Shown here one piece after another: positions 45,469 to 58,687 of a DNA stretch of 64,000 nt. The notes under the pieces were generated by a model. That model did no database searches. It saw only the letters and a list, made by a program, of their open reading frames with translations, and was not told the origin of the DNA. The stretch lies in assembly GCF_000143415.4 (NCBI RefSeq), contig NW_003314261.1, positions 1 to 64,000 on the forward strand. Direction: 5' to 3'. Position 1 is the stretch's first letter; each line of letters starts with the position of its first letter. Made by a program: the position numbers and the translations under genes. This stretch comes from Selaginella moellendorffii (taxonomy: Eukaryota > Plantae > Lycopodiophyta).

Positions 45469-48400
45469 TGTAAGCGACTAATTTTTCCATTCTACTTTAG
45501 TCACTTAACCACACCTCCGACCACTTGGAGGAGTCTCATTCACAACCTCCATAAGCCCAACTCAGGACTTGGGGTTTGCTAGCCCCGAGAATGGCATCCA
45601 TGCCACTCAACCTTAGCACTTGGTCCAAGTGCTCCACGTGTCCGATCCCATGATCGACACCCCAAGTACCACCGACATATCGGCCCGTTACGCTAAGGCC
45701 ATGCCCATTTACCTCGGTCACACTGGTGGTCCAACACCACCTACATTCCAATNNNNNNNNNNNNNNNNNNNNNNNNNNNNNNNNNNNNNNNNNNNNNNNN
45801 NNNNNNNNNNNNNNNNNNNNNNNNNNNNNNNNNNNNNNNNNNNNNNNNNNNNTTAACATCCTTATGATGCCTACAGACATGGGGAATAACCTTCCCCAAT
45901 ATCTCTGTTCCGGTCCCCACCAAGTCCCTTTCTGTCCTTGGCTATGTTCGCCAACACTGCCATTGGATCGAGGCCCACCGGCCCGACCACTAAGTCCCAC
46001 TATCCTCTAGGACTTCCTCACTGGGTGACTGTGTCCTTGGTCACTACCCCAGAGGACTGCTCCTCTTCCTTTCCACAGTCTGGGCCTTTGGGACAACATT
46101 TCGGAACACCGTGGCCTTACGCGAGCCACCTGGGTACTCTCCTCGCCTTCTGCCCTTGGGTGCTCTAGCCATGGGCTTAGAGCGGGTTCCGTTGAGCCAC
46201 ACCAGGTATCCAAGTAGGTAGTGCCACCCACACTTGGACTGGGAGCATCGGCCAGTCGATCTCCCGGGGGAACTAGAGCCGGCTCTTGAACACTTCACCA
46301 AGCTACCCCGCTTGTCGGTCCATGTTCACTCTAGTCTTGGACTTCCCAGTGGGCAGCTCATCACCCAACACTGGGTCCGGCCTTCCTGGGCCAAACTGGC
46401 CTTTCCTGGCCAAACTGGCTCCACTGCAGTCCTCCCCCTACTATACTTTTGGAGCTCATCAAACCCCCCAGGGTCTGGGAGACGAACGCTTTGGGCTTTC
46501 ACCCTCTCAGGCTCCGGACTCGGACTTGGACTCGGACTCGGACTCGGACTCGGACTCGGACTCGGACTCGGATTCAGACTCGGACTCGGGCTCGGGCTCG
46601 GGCTCGGTCTCGGTCCCGATCTCGGTCTCGGTCCCGATCTCGGTCTCGGTCTCGGTCTCGGTCCCGGTCTCGGTCCCGGTCTCGGTCTCGACTTCGGACT
46701 CCATCTCGATCTCCATCTCGGGTCCATCTCGGGTCCACCTCGGACTCCATCTCGGACTCCATCTCGGGTCCATCTCGGACTCCACTTCGGACTCCAACTC
46801 GGGTCCATCTCGGACTCCACTTCGGGTCTATCTCGGACTCCATATCGGACTCCATCTCGGACTCCACTTCGGACTCCATATCGGACTCCATCTCGGACTC
46901 CACTTCGGACTCCATATCGGACTCCACTTTGGGTCCATCTCGGACTCCAACTAAGGTCCGTCTCGGAGTCCATCTCGGACACTTCCACGTGTCATGTGTT
47001 GGTCCTTTTTAGGTCCCTTTTTAGAGCCTTGCTTATTGCTCGCTTCATGCTCGCTCCTTGAGCACTTTGTTGGGAGTTCCACTCCCACTCTCGACCTTTC
47101 AAGTCGGAGCTTTTAGTCCAAACGTGTTACGCTCGTTTGGCTTTCGCTTCGGCCACTACCACATGGCACCATTTCCAGCTCCACCTTGGGGCCTAGGGAT
47201 TTTGTGTCTCACAACTCCACCACCCATAGACGATGTTCGATGTCCTCATCGAACGGTAAACCATTCTATAAAGTAACACCCGCATGTGTTACCATTTCCA
47301 TCCTTGGCACCTAGCCAATATTTGTCAATGGTTTGACATTGAAGGCTCACCATGCCTTCTCCATATTCGTCAATGGTTTGACACCAAAGGCTCACCATGC
47401 CTTGCCCATCCTCTAAGGAGGATAGTCTCTCCAACTTAGAGACTCACTTGACCACCTGGGGTGGGTTGCTCCTTTTTATTGGTTCAGTTCTCGCTAAACC
47501 TGTTAGAGACACCCTCTCTAACTCAATTCCACTACTCATTCTTGAGTAGTCACAGATCCCATTGATCTACCTTTGCACTTTGGAACGTTTACTTTTGGCT
47601 TCTTGAAGTCAATTTCCTAGGTGTCTCCGACACTTTGCCTTGCACATTTTGTACAACTCCACTTCCCCTCCTAGGAAGTTCTCTACTCGTGGGCACCCTC
47701 ATCCTCTTTTCTATTTTTGTGCCACTATTGGCATTATGTTCCATTTATCATTATTTGTGCTAGGGCTGTCCACGGCCCTATCTTTTGGCTCCTTAGTTGC
47801 TCCCTCACTTGGAGCCTTTCTTTCGCCAAATTGGAGCACTTGGGATTCCGTCCTTGGAAGTCCACTTCTTTTTCCGTAATCTGTTAGCATCAAACACATT
47901 AGTGTTCCTTGGCTAACTTTGCCACTTGGATTCTTTCCAATGGATCCCACGGCCCTATCTTGGCCACTCATCTTTTGCTCCTATCCGTTGATTGTTGCAC
48001 CAAGCAACATCGAATCTCTACCTCCCTCCTTGAGGTATTGTTTCGGTTCCATAGCAAAGACTCTTCTTTGCCAAGTCCGGAGGATGTTCACCCCTAGTAC
48101 GTCTCTTTAGCATCTTCTGCTATGGGCTCTATCCACGGCCCAACTTCGTGACCCTCCCATGGGTCTTTTATAGAGACTACTTTCCTCGGACTCACTATGC
48201 CATCGCACGGATATAGTTTATTTCCCTTAGGTGCTCTTCCCACTTGGTCATCACGACCAAGCCACACCACCTTAAACAGTTCAATTTCAACATCTTTTGA
48301 ACCAGGAACTTCATTCCTTAGCCAACCAAGGACCTTGTCCTTATTTGGCCATAAGATCACCTAGTGATCTCACCTTGGCACCTTAACAGAGTTGCCAAGA

Positions 48401-51400
48401 GGTACTTGGTTTTCTAGACCTCCAAGTTGTTGACTATAACCCCGGGGGCATCCCCCACACTTGGCGGTGCACCCAAGCTAGCCCTTACGGCCAAGGGTTC
48501 ATAGCAACTGAGATTAGGTGTCCCCATCTCACTCATCACGACCTTGGTGCCACTTGCACCAAAGTGTTCAAGTTAGATATGCTGAGCTTTCACACTAAGC
48601 AATCTAACCGTGCATCACGACTCCGAGGCATCCCTCGCTTGGTGGTGTGCCCAAACCAGTCTCCCCACTGAGAGTCCATGACCACCGAAATATGAGTGTC
48701 CTCATATTCCAAACCATCACCACGCCCTAGTGATTTGGGACTCGAACCCAAGCACTAGAGGGTCGGGACTCGAACCCAACCTCCGTATATGCACCTACGG
48801 ACGGCATCACACAAGATGCCTGGCGTGACTCCCCACGCCGGTGCACCAACTTATTTTTAAAGCGCACTACAGATCATAGCTTAGGAACCTAGTTCCTCCA
48901 CACTGCCAAGTCCTCTCACTTGACATGTCTGTGATCATGCATGGACTCCTCCATGCTCGGCCCCATGGCCCACCCTTTTTGAAGTTATCACCTTCAACTA
49001 GGGTATTTGTTCCCCCGACGTGCCAATCTCGCTTGGCAAGTCCTCCGACCACTGTAACATGGTTCCTGCATAAGCGTGAAAGTCCTCGACCATCGACTTT
49101 CGTTCAAAGCCCTCTCTTTGAACACTCGGGAACTACTTCCCTAACCTTGATAGCCTTGCCTCATGGCAAGCTTCAAGACCACGTTTCTGCTACGCCACTC
49201 TGATTTCGCGCGTTCCATGAACCATTTACACTTGGCCTTTCTAGGTACTAAGCTACCTAGAATCGTTTTTGGGAACCTTGAAGGAACTCTGTCCCTCAGC
49301 TTGCTAAGGCCTCCCTTTTTGCAAGCCTTCCAAATGCCACATAGTCTAACATGGACAATTCCATATTTTAGACTCTCCATGGCATCACGGTTGCTAGCGG
49401 CAACACCCTCGAGCCCCCACTTGACTCTCCACTCCCAGCTGGCATAACCAACCTTGGTTATGCCCTTTGATTCCTACGGTTCAGTTCTATCCCCTTACTT
49501 CTTGCTTTTTTTTTTTTTTTTTTGGCTTCACACCTTTCCTTTGGTCATTCTCCTCCAGACCAGGAGGATAGCTTTGCACCTTCTATCATGCTTTAGCAAG
49601 TATTCTTAGGGATGAACCTACCCAATAGCCTAGGGAGTGGTTCCTCAATCCGGGTATGCTCACCTTATAATCCCACACACTGGGATTACATTGTTGCTTA
49701 TGGGCCTTTACATGCCCATCACTAGCCTTGCCAAATTCCATTTTTGGCTTTGTCTAACTCGGGTAGACAGTCCTCTCTTGTCTCCGCAACCTTGGACATT
49801 TGGATAGCACCTTCTATCCATCATTCGCTAGGGACTTAGTCCCTTGGGCTCTATCCATCGCCCTCGCGACATCAAACACCACCTTCTGGTGTTCTAGAGT
49901 GTTTGGGTGTCCCAATGATGGCTTTCTTGACAATGAGTATTTCCTTTTATGACATTGACTTACTATATCGCAACACAAGCAACTTATCCCCCGTAAGGGT
50001 ATATCCAACTTCCCTATGCTATTAAGAAGTCTTGGGTAGCTACCTTCTACCCGTTTAACCAGTTATTTTGCACCTCTTGCTTAGTTGCCTCATATTTGTC
50101 AAGTCCTACAACTCATTGCTTGGTGCTTTCACACCTCCATCATTATCTAGGTCACCACACTCCAACTGCATGCTCTGCAGCTTAGGCTATGCTATTCCCA
50201 TTTCCATTGGGATTCCTTTGGCAAGGGGTTCTCATGAACCCACCAACATAGCTTCAAGGTATCACACCTTGGCACATTTGGTGTCTCCACACCATCGGCT
50301 CCACGAGCCTACCTCTAAGACATTTCCCCTTCGTGTCTAAATCTTTGCCAAGACCAACACCGCTCTTTCTCATGCCAACCATCCGTTAGCACTGCACCAT
50401 AGAGGTCACACACAACTTTATGTCAAAGTTGTTTTCTTCTGGGAACACTTTTCCCATAACTTTAGCATGGCATATTTTGCCATCGATGAGATACCCTCTG
50501 TTCTCATCCTTGGATCCTATGATCCCCCCCCATCCTTTGTGGGGTACAACACACTTCAGTCCAAATTCTTCCATCAGTCCTTTTAGGACCATCCGTTGAC
50601 TCTACTTGAGTCATCCAGCAGTTTTGGACTTGGTTAATCCACAGACCCGTAAGGTCCTACTTGTGAGGCACTAGCTCACTAGAATACACTTCTTGCATTC
50701 CTGTCCTACTCAAAAGGACTATTTTCACAAGTGTTACTCCAACACTTGATTTTGTTCTCTGGGGGCAACCTTTGCCCCTTAGGACTACTTGTCCATGTGA
50801 TGAGAACACCAACTCATCCACTTAATACACCCCCAACTCCTTGGGTTGTTCCAGCATTTATTAGAGGTAGCCCCGACTACCTTTTCAAGGACTTAAGTCC
50901 TCTTCCGTATTTGACCTCCCATGGTCATTACTTCTGGTCTCACATTCATGAGCACCAACCTCAACTATATGAGGAAAATCTTGTGACTCCTTTATTGCTT
51001 TGGAGTCTTTATCTTTCCCGTGATCCCAACTGTAGTTGTTTACCACAACTACATTAGCCAGTTTGCTAAGTCAAACGCTCATCTGGATCACATCCTCAAC
51101 TCTTTGAGGAAAACCATATACTGTTCCCAAGATCCTAAAGTCGTTCCATTATTGGCCCTTTTCTATCCACCACCTCGTCTACAAGTTCACACATGAACTG
51201 TAATGGAGAGCCATGTCTTCCCGACTTGCTACTCCTCAAGGATAGGCCCACTCCTCGGACCTTCCGATGCCAACACTAGTGGTGATATACTTGAGCACCA
51301 ATAAAAGTCGGACTAAGGAACGGCTCCGATACCAAGTTGTAAGTGACTAATTTTTCCATTCTACTTTAGTCACTTAACCACACCTCCGACCACTTGGAGG

Positions 51401-53154
51401 AGTCTCATTCACAACCTCCATAAGCCCAACTCAGGACTTGGGGTTTGCTAGCCCCGAGAATGGCATCCATGCCACTCAACCTTAGCACTTGGTCCAAGTG
51501 CTCCACGTGTCCGATCCCATGATCGACACCCCAAGGTACCACCGACATATCGGCCTGTTACGCTAAGGCCATGCCCATTTACCTCGGTCACACTGGTGGT
51601 CCAACACCACCTACATTCCAATCCCGTCTCTCAAAGACTGGGTCATCCATCCATGAGTGATCATCCCAGATCCACTCCTTAACATCCTTAGAATGCCTAC
51701 AGACATGGGGAATAGCCTTCCCCAATATCTCTGTTCCGGTCCCCACCAAGTCCCTTTCTGTCCTTGGCTATGTTCGCCAACACTGCCATTGGATCGAGGC
51801 CCACTGGCCCAACCACTAAGTCCCACTATCCTCTAGGACTTCCTCACTGGGTGACTGTGTCCTTGGTCACTACCCCAGAGGACTGCTCCTCTTCCTTTCC
51901 ACAGTCTGGGCCTTTGGGACAACATTTCGGAACACCGTGGCCTTACGCGAGCCACCTGGGTACTCTCCTCGCCTTCTGCCCTTGGGTGCTCTAGCCATGG
52001 GCTTAGAGCGGGTTCCGTTGAGCCACACCAGGTATCCAAGTAGGTAGTGCCACCCACACTTGGACTGGGAGCATCGGCCAGTCGATCTCCCGGGGGAACT
52101 AGAGCCGGCTCTTGAACACTTCACCAAGCTACCCCGCTTGTCGGTCCATGTTCACTCTAGTCTTGGACTTCCCAGTGGGCAGCTCATCACCCAACACTGG
52201 GTCCGGCCTTCCTGGGCCAAACTGGCCTTTCCTGGCCAAACTGGCTCCACTGCAGTCCTCCCCCTACTATACTTTTGGAGCTCACCAAACCCCCCAGGGT
52301 CTGGGAGACGAACGCTTTGGGCTTTCACCCTCTCAGGCTCCGGACTCGGACTCGGACTCGGACTCGGACTCGGACTCGGACTCGGGCTCGGGCTCGGGCT
52401 CGGTCTCGGTCCCGATCTCGGTCTCGGTCTCGGTCTCGGTCCCGGTCTCGGTCCCGGTCTCGGTCTCGACTTCGGACTCCATCTCGGACTCCATCTCGGG
52501 TCCATCTCGGACTCCATCTCGGACTCCATCTCGGAGTCCATCTCGGGTCCATCTCGGGTCCATCTCGGACTCCATCTCGGACTCCATCTCGGGTCCATCT
52601 CGGACTCCATCTCGGACTCCATTTTGGGTCCATCTCGGGTCCACCTCGGACTCCATCTCGGACTCCATCTCGGGTCCATCTCGGACTCCACTTCGGACTC
52701 CAACTCGGGTCCATCTCGGACTCCACTTCGGGTCTATCTCAGACTCCACTTCGGACTCCATCTCGGACTCCACTTCGGACTCCATATCGGACTCCACTTC
52801 GGGTCCATCTCGGACTCCATATCGGACTCCATCTCGGACTCCACTTCGGACTCCATATCAGACTCCACTTTGGGTCCATCTCGGACTCCAACTAAGGTCC
52901 GTCTCAGAGTCCATCTCAGACACTTCCACGTGTCATGTGTTGGTCCTTTTTAGGTCCCTTTTTAGAGCCTTGCTTATTGCTCGCTTCGTGCTCGCTCCTT
53001 GAGCACTTTGTTGGGAGTTCCACTCCCACTCTCGACCTTTCAAGTCGGAGCTTTTAGTCCAAACGTGTTACGCTCGTTTGGCTTTCGCTTCGGCCACTAC
53101 CACATGGCACCATTTCCAGCTCCACCTTGGGGCCTAGGGATTTTGTGTCTCACA
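45469..53154 (-). mobile_element. Non-autonomous LTR retroelement (LARD-like); LTRs 45469-47213 and 51338-53154
   Basis: Near-identical ~1.75-1.8-kb LTRs with TG...CA ends, PBS TGGTATCGGAGCC (minus strand, ~51322-51334), PPT GGGTGGTGGAGT next to the left LTR, flanks AGGGG/GGGGG, ~4.1-kb internal region without recognisable gag/pol. Confidence 0.92.
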
Positions 53155-56100
53155 GGGGGGTTCCAAATGTATAGTAGGGATAGTGGGTAGGTCGAGCATG
53201 GCCGACCAACCTGAGGCATAGTCTAGCTCCCGCTTGCATGCCTGTCCTTGTTCTGCGTCTGGCTTGGGTCTAAGCCCAAGTTCCATTCCATGCTAGCTGG
53301 TGGAGTACCCATATCCTCACGTTAGGCCACCGGTATGCCGAAATAGCGCCAAACTCCATTTGGCTCCGTTTTGCATGTTGGTCTTGGCATTGGGATGCTG
53401 GTTACTCTAGGACTGTTCCAAGTTGCTCCGGGCTTCTGTCCCTTTGCTCCTTGGGCTTTATGCTCGAGAGTTGCTCCGTGGTTTGTTTCCACCACTCTTT
53501 AGCTTCACGCTTGGGAGTTTGGCACCGTTCCTTCATTCAGTGGCCCAAGGCCCTGAACCTCGGGTTCCTATGGACACGTGGCATGGACATGTGGCATGTG
53601 TCACGTGGCACAAAAAGGGTTTAAGTTCCGCTTCGTGGTGTTATCCTATGGTAAATCACCATAGGATAAAGGGTAAAAACCACATGCGCTACATTTGGTA
53701 TCAGAGGAAGAGTCTCAGCGAGTACTATTCAATGAGATTGGGCAACTAGTCTTGTTGCATACGCAGAGATGAAAACGATGGTCCGAGTGGGTACACATTT
53801 TGGTGCAAAGACTTCACAATCGTTCCTTGAGTATGGATTTGGTTACCTTCTTGTTCCATATTATGTGAGCTTGCTCTTGGGCTCATAGGGTGGACTGAGT
53901 TGTTCCAGTTGCACGAGTTTAAGCTTGGGCTCGTGAGTGAGGTGCATTAGCAATTCAAGGTTACACTTTGAGTTGGCAGGATTAATGTTAGCCTATCGGT
54001 GGTTCCATGAGTTGTTCCATATACCATGGGTAAAGAGTAAACCCTCCTTGGGTTTGCTATGAGTTGCAAATGGGCTAGTCCGTAGCTATTTAGCACGAGA
54101 CTAGTGGATCCTTCCTAGGCATGTTTACAAGTGGATCAATCAAGACTATAGGGATTAGTCTGTTGGTTCAAGTAGTTATTGCCATGCTCTCTCATAAACT
54201 TTTCTTGGACTGGACTAAAGGCAGTGCGAAAGCAAGCTTGAGGTTTAGTCAAAGATGAGACCGAAAAGAGAGTCATCGGGGACAGATGATCAAATACGTA
54301 AATCATTTTCTCTTCTTGGAGAGATGATCTACAATGAGGTGTTAACTCATTGCTTGTGTTCACATCATGCAATCAAGAATCCCTATCTTGATGCATGTTG
54401 GAGATGGTGGTCTTACAATGGTGAGTTGTAAAATGGATAGCAGTGAAGTGCTATACCATTTTTTCTAGGCTTGCTATTTGAAGACTTGGGTTGCAATGCT
54501 CAATTCTTTTCCGGGGAACCTTGCTATTGCTCCTTGAGTAGCTTGGTATTGGATTAGTGTTGAGTTTGGTCGGAAAGAGAGTGGCATAAGCTTATCTGTG
54601 TTGTGAACAAAAGTTAGTGGTGTTAGGTGTTATAAATCTCTATTGATGGGGTGTGGCATTTATGTTACATTTTGTCGAATTGAGTTAGCACTTGATATTC
54701 ACATAAACCTTTGTAGTAGTGATATGGGCATTACTCATATTGTTGTTTGATTGATGATCAAGTCATTGTGATTTATATCATATCCATGTGATAATGAGCA
54801 ATGTGTTTACGAAGTTGCTTGGGTAAATGATGATCAACCCCAAAGTGGTTGATGGTGAAGCTAGTCTACTTGTATGTAGTAGCATTGTAGTAACTTTAAC
54901 TAGATTCTCGGTAATGGTCCATTATGCTAAGCTTAAGCTGGTACCTTGTTCCTTGAGGGTTTGCCCATTAGGTGTTAGAAATGGGTTGTAGCATTCATTT
55001 GCTATAGCTTATCTGTTGATCCGTTAGCACTTGGAGTAGATTGTTGGATGGAGAAAGTGTGTAGTTGAGGCATTGACATCGCTAGCACTTGTGTTAGTGG
55101 AAGTGGCATTGTTATTTCAAGTGATGAGGAATTTTCCTTGGACCTTGATTTTCCATGTTATTTTTCTTGTTAGTGTTTTGGCTTCACATTGGATCTTGAA
55201 GGTGATTGAAGAAGAGTGTTAGTGTAATGTGGATATCCAAATATGTGGTTTTTGTGATCAAGCCTTGGATGTTCATTTTGCACTTTGCGAATGTCGAAGT
55301 TGGATGTCGGAAAAATGGGCAAAGATGTTCGATGCTTAAGCATGCTATATGGGTCATGAGAATTGGTGTTGAGGTGAACCTTTGTGAAGTTGTTAATAGG
55401 AGGAAATTGGTTGAGTCTTGAAAGTTTGCATTCCTGGACTAAGAGTCATTCTTTCTCTAGGATGGAAATTTTCCACAAATTTTCTTAGACTTTTCCAATG
55501 GCTGATCTGTCGGTCACTTTGCTCGAAAATCAGTCCGTTTTCGAAAGCCAATACAAATTAGTGAAAGGGTTGAAGTTGACTTCGGTTAGCTTAGACCTTG
55601 GTAGGTAGTTTGTATGATGCGACTCGAAAGGGATGCTAACTTTTGGGGCTAAAGCAATTGAGTTGAATAGAGTCTAGAGTTGGTGTAGAAAAGTGGCCGT
55701 TGCACTTTTTTAAGAAGGGTGACCCTTGTACCTTTCTTTTGTAGCGTTGTGCTTGGTGGCAGGTTGCACTTTGCATTACGTTAGACTCTATGAGAGTAGT
55801 GAGCTCTCACTGATCTTGACTTGGTCTTGGTGGCCCTGTGCCTTGGCTAAGGATGGTGATATCCAACTTAGTTGTTTGAGGTTGAGATGTTAGTACCCGT
55901 ACTATAGCTTTGTCTATGAGGAGGTTGTGTATCGATATAAGTCCATCTCGTGGTCTTCATTTTCGTTTCGGCTAAGTGTTGATCATGCATAGCTAGCCTC
56001 TTCAAGGCATGCTCAGAGCTAGTGGCTAAATGTTTTAGTGAGCTTATTGCGGTTGAGTTGGATTCGAGTGATCATTTAGTTTGTGCTTGTCTATGAACTT

Positions 56101-57422
56101 TTATCTCTTACCTGGGGTATTATGTTCATGTTAGACAAGTATATAACTTGATGACAAGAGTTGGTGTTTGGGTCTTGTGAAGGCAAGTTGAGGAGTGATT
56201 GTTAGTTGCTTTGCGACTAGTGATTACTTGTAGACTTCATCAAGGACCGTTGACACTTGCTTTGCTCGATGACAATTTAGCAGTGATAAGCTTGCTTTAT
56301 CAGATGGTGTTGCAGAGGATCGTGTCATTAGACTTACATGAGTTTTTCATGTTGGCATGTCGACTCTACCTCTGTTGATATCATTTGGTTACATTTAGTC
56401 CATAGTGTTAGATTTCATTGAGTCTTGGACGTGGTGAATCACTCCTTGATGATGTGTTATCTGCAACTGAGTTTTGCTGAAGGATTGGTCTCGAATACTA
56501 AATAAAGTATCTTCGACCTTGGTTAGATTAGTTGCTGGAGAGTTTTGAGTGGTGATTCACTCTTACTTTCTGTTAGTTTGTTATGGTGTTGATAGCATTC
56601 AAGTGATGCCCTATCGTTGACATTGTTGGTATTGGGATTCAGATGAAATGAGATGTCTCTCTATAGGGTTGATATTGAGTTTTATTAGTCTCGATGCAAA
56701 TAGCGTTGATGATTTGGTTATAGCTTTATGTTATTGGCATTAGTGCATTTGCTAGTTAGCAACTATGTTGACATTCAAATGAACTGAGTGGCAAGTTGAG
56801 TTAGTTGTGTTCTAGACGAGATTGCTTAGTTAAGGTTGAGCTTTAGCTTTTCCTTGAAAAGCGATTTAGTCATGGACAATGCTACCTCTATGAGAGGAAG
56901 AGTTAGTGATTGGTATTGAAGTGATTGAATCCTTGTTGGATTTCAATTGGAATATATCGATCATTGATGATTTTTCTTGTGCTTGTTATGAGGTGAGTTA
57001 CGTCTTACTGTAGATGGGTTCATGGAGGATCAACTAGATGATCATTTGTTAAGCATAACTTCGTTATGTTTGGCTTTTGGATTGATGCAGACATGCTCTT
57101 CATTCGCTTTCGCATGATGAAGTTTAGCTTATGGATGTGTTGAGGAAAATATTGTGGGTTATACCATGATTTCTTCTTTAGCATTGAAGTTAGTTTATGC
57201 AAAAATCGTGATCATTATTAGGCAAGACTTAGCTATATGCTTCTTCAAACTTTTGGTTCCTTGAGTTTTGTGCTCATTGTTCCATTTGTTAGAAGTTGTT
57301 GGGGAAGGCATTTTGGCTCATTAGCTTCGATGTTGAAGTTGGCTTTTGCATCTAGCAATCATTGGTGATGATTAACTATCATCTAAAATAATTGGTTATC
57401 CTTGTTGAAGATTTTGCTCGAT

Positions 57423-57474
57423 TCATTGTCGAAGAAGGAATCTTCGAGATGGTGGATTCCTTCTTCGACAATGA
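57423..57474. repeat. Perfect 20-bp inverted repeat with 12-nt loop
   Basis: TCATTGTCGAAGAAGGAATC-N12-GATTCCTTCTTCGACAATGA. Confidence 0.95.
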
Positions 57475-58185
57475 TTATGCATCTCTTCATTGATGGGATA
57501 ATTGATGATCTTTCATGATTATTAGTTGTTCTCTTTGATAGTTTGTGGCTTTTTGCAATACCACATGTTCTTTGTGGTTTTCTTTGGTTTGGTCTCTTGG
57601 GTTTGAGACATCAGTAGGATGTTGCTAACACTTGCTTAGGCAACTTGATTTCCTTGGTATTGTTGACTGGGATCTATTCAGATTGGCTGGTGCGATGGTT
57701 GGCATAAACACTATGTTTGTTTGCTTTGCAACATTCATTTTATTCTATTGATTATTGCTCAAGTTAATTTCGATAGATTCGGATGTTATTTTTTTCGGGT
57801 GATACATTCGCGAGCATTGTGCTTGTTAGTCAATAATACTTTGTGTTCTTTGAGTTGTGTTTTGTGAGTTATTTGGCATGCTATCTGCCATTTTCGGTAG
57901 TTAAGTTTCATCATTGAGTTTCCTTGATGATCTACTTGCTATTGAATTTTGTTAGACGGTGAATCCTGTGTTTACCAATTTTGATGATCTTGGTGGTTAA
58001 GCTCTATTTCGTTAAAGTGGGATTTATTCAGTAAAATGGGACTATGTACAAATTTTCAAGTATTTGAAAATGACGTGAAATTATATGTTTTTTGTCCAGG
58101 GGCTAGACATATCTGGGGCATGGTGACTAGCGCGGTGACTTTGTGTCCAGACTGAGTCCATCTGGTTGTATAATAAATCTCATTG

Positions 58186-58654
58186 TCAAGGTGAACAAGC
58201 CGAATCTGAAGCTAAAGAAGAGCGATGGCATGCGCGCACACACTATTTGTTTGTTCATTGAGCGTGTGGTGAGCTTTCCAAGATGAACGTCATTCCTATT
58301 AGCCAGACATATAACTTAATGGTGAGAACATTTAGATATTATTCAATGTTATCTTTTTCTAACGAATCTAATTGTGAAGGTGTAGCAAGAGGCATTGCTA
58401 GTCTGGAGAAGTCATTTAACTCATTTGACCCTTAGTGTATTTTCATGAAACTAAATAACATTCATATTATTAAGGAATTTCTCTAGTACCTTTTTTTTAC
58501 GACATAGAGGCTTGCATTTCTTTCAAAGGTGATTTAGTAAAAGGCCTGAGGGCACATGCCATTCTATTTCTCAGACCAGTATTAAGATATACTAGTGCAA
58601 AGGACCACATGCCATCATGCCTCCTCTGATTCAGATTCGGATTGTTCACCTTGA
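58186..58654. mobile_element. MITE-like element (~470 bp) with terminal inverted repeats
   Basis: TCAAGGTGAACAAGCCGAATCTGAA...GATGGCATG at the left and CATGCCATC...TTCAGATTCGGATTGTTCACCTTGA at the right; AT-rich non-coding interior; no clear TSD. Confidence 0.75.
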
Positions 58655-58687
58655 AATAAAATACATTAGAAACTTAGTAAAGGAATA

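Larger units (their letters stand above)
44388..58090 (+). mobile_element. Older LTR-element remnant(s): 3' internal region + poly-G PPT (45445-45459), LTR (~45461-45468 and 53155-53693, split by insertion), PBS (53696-53706), then long non-coding internal region; outer limits approximate
   Basis: G15 purine tract directly before the LTR start; LTR ends GCGCTACA followed by TT-TGGTATCAGAG; 53.7-58.1 kb is GT-rich and lacks ORFs. Confidence 0.55.
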
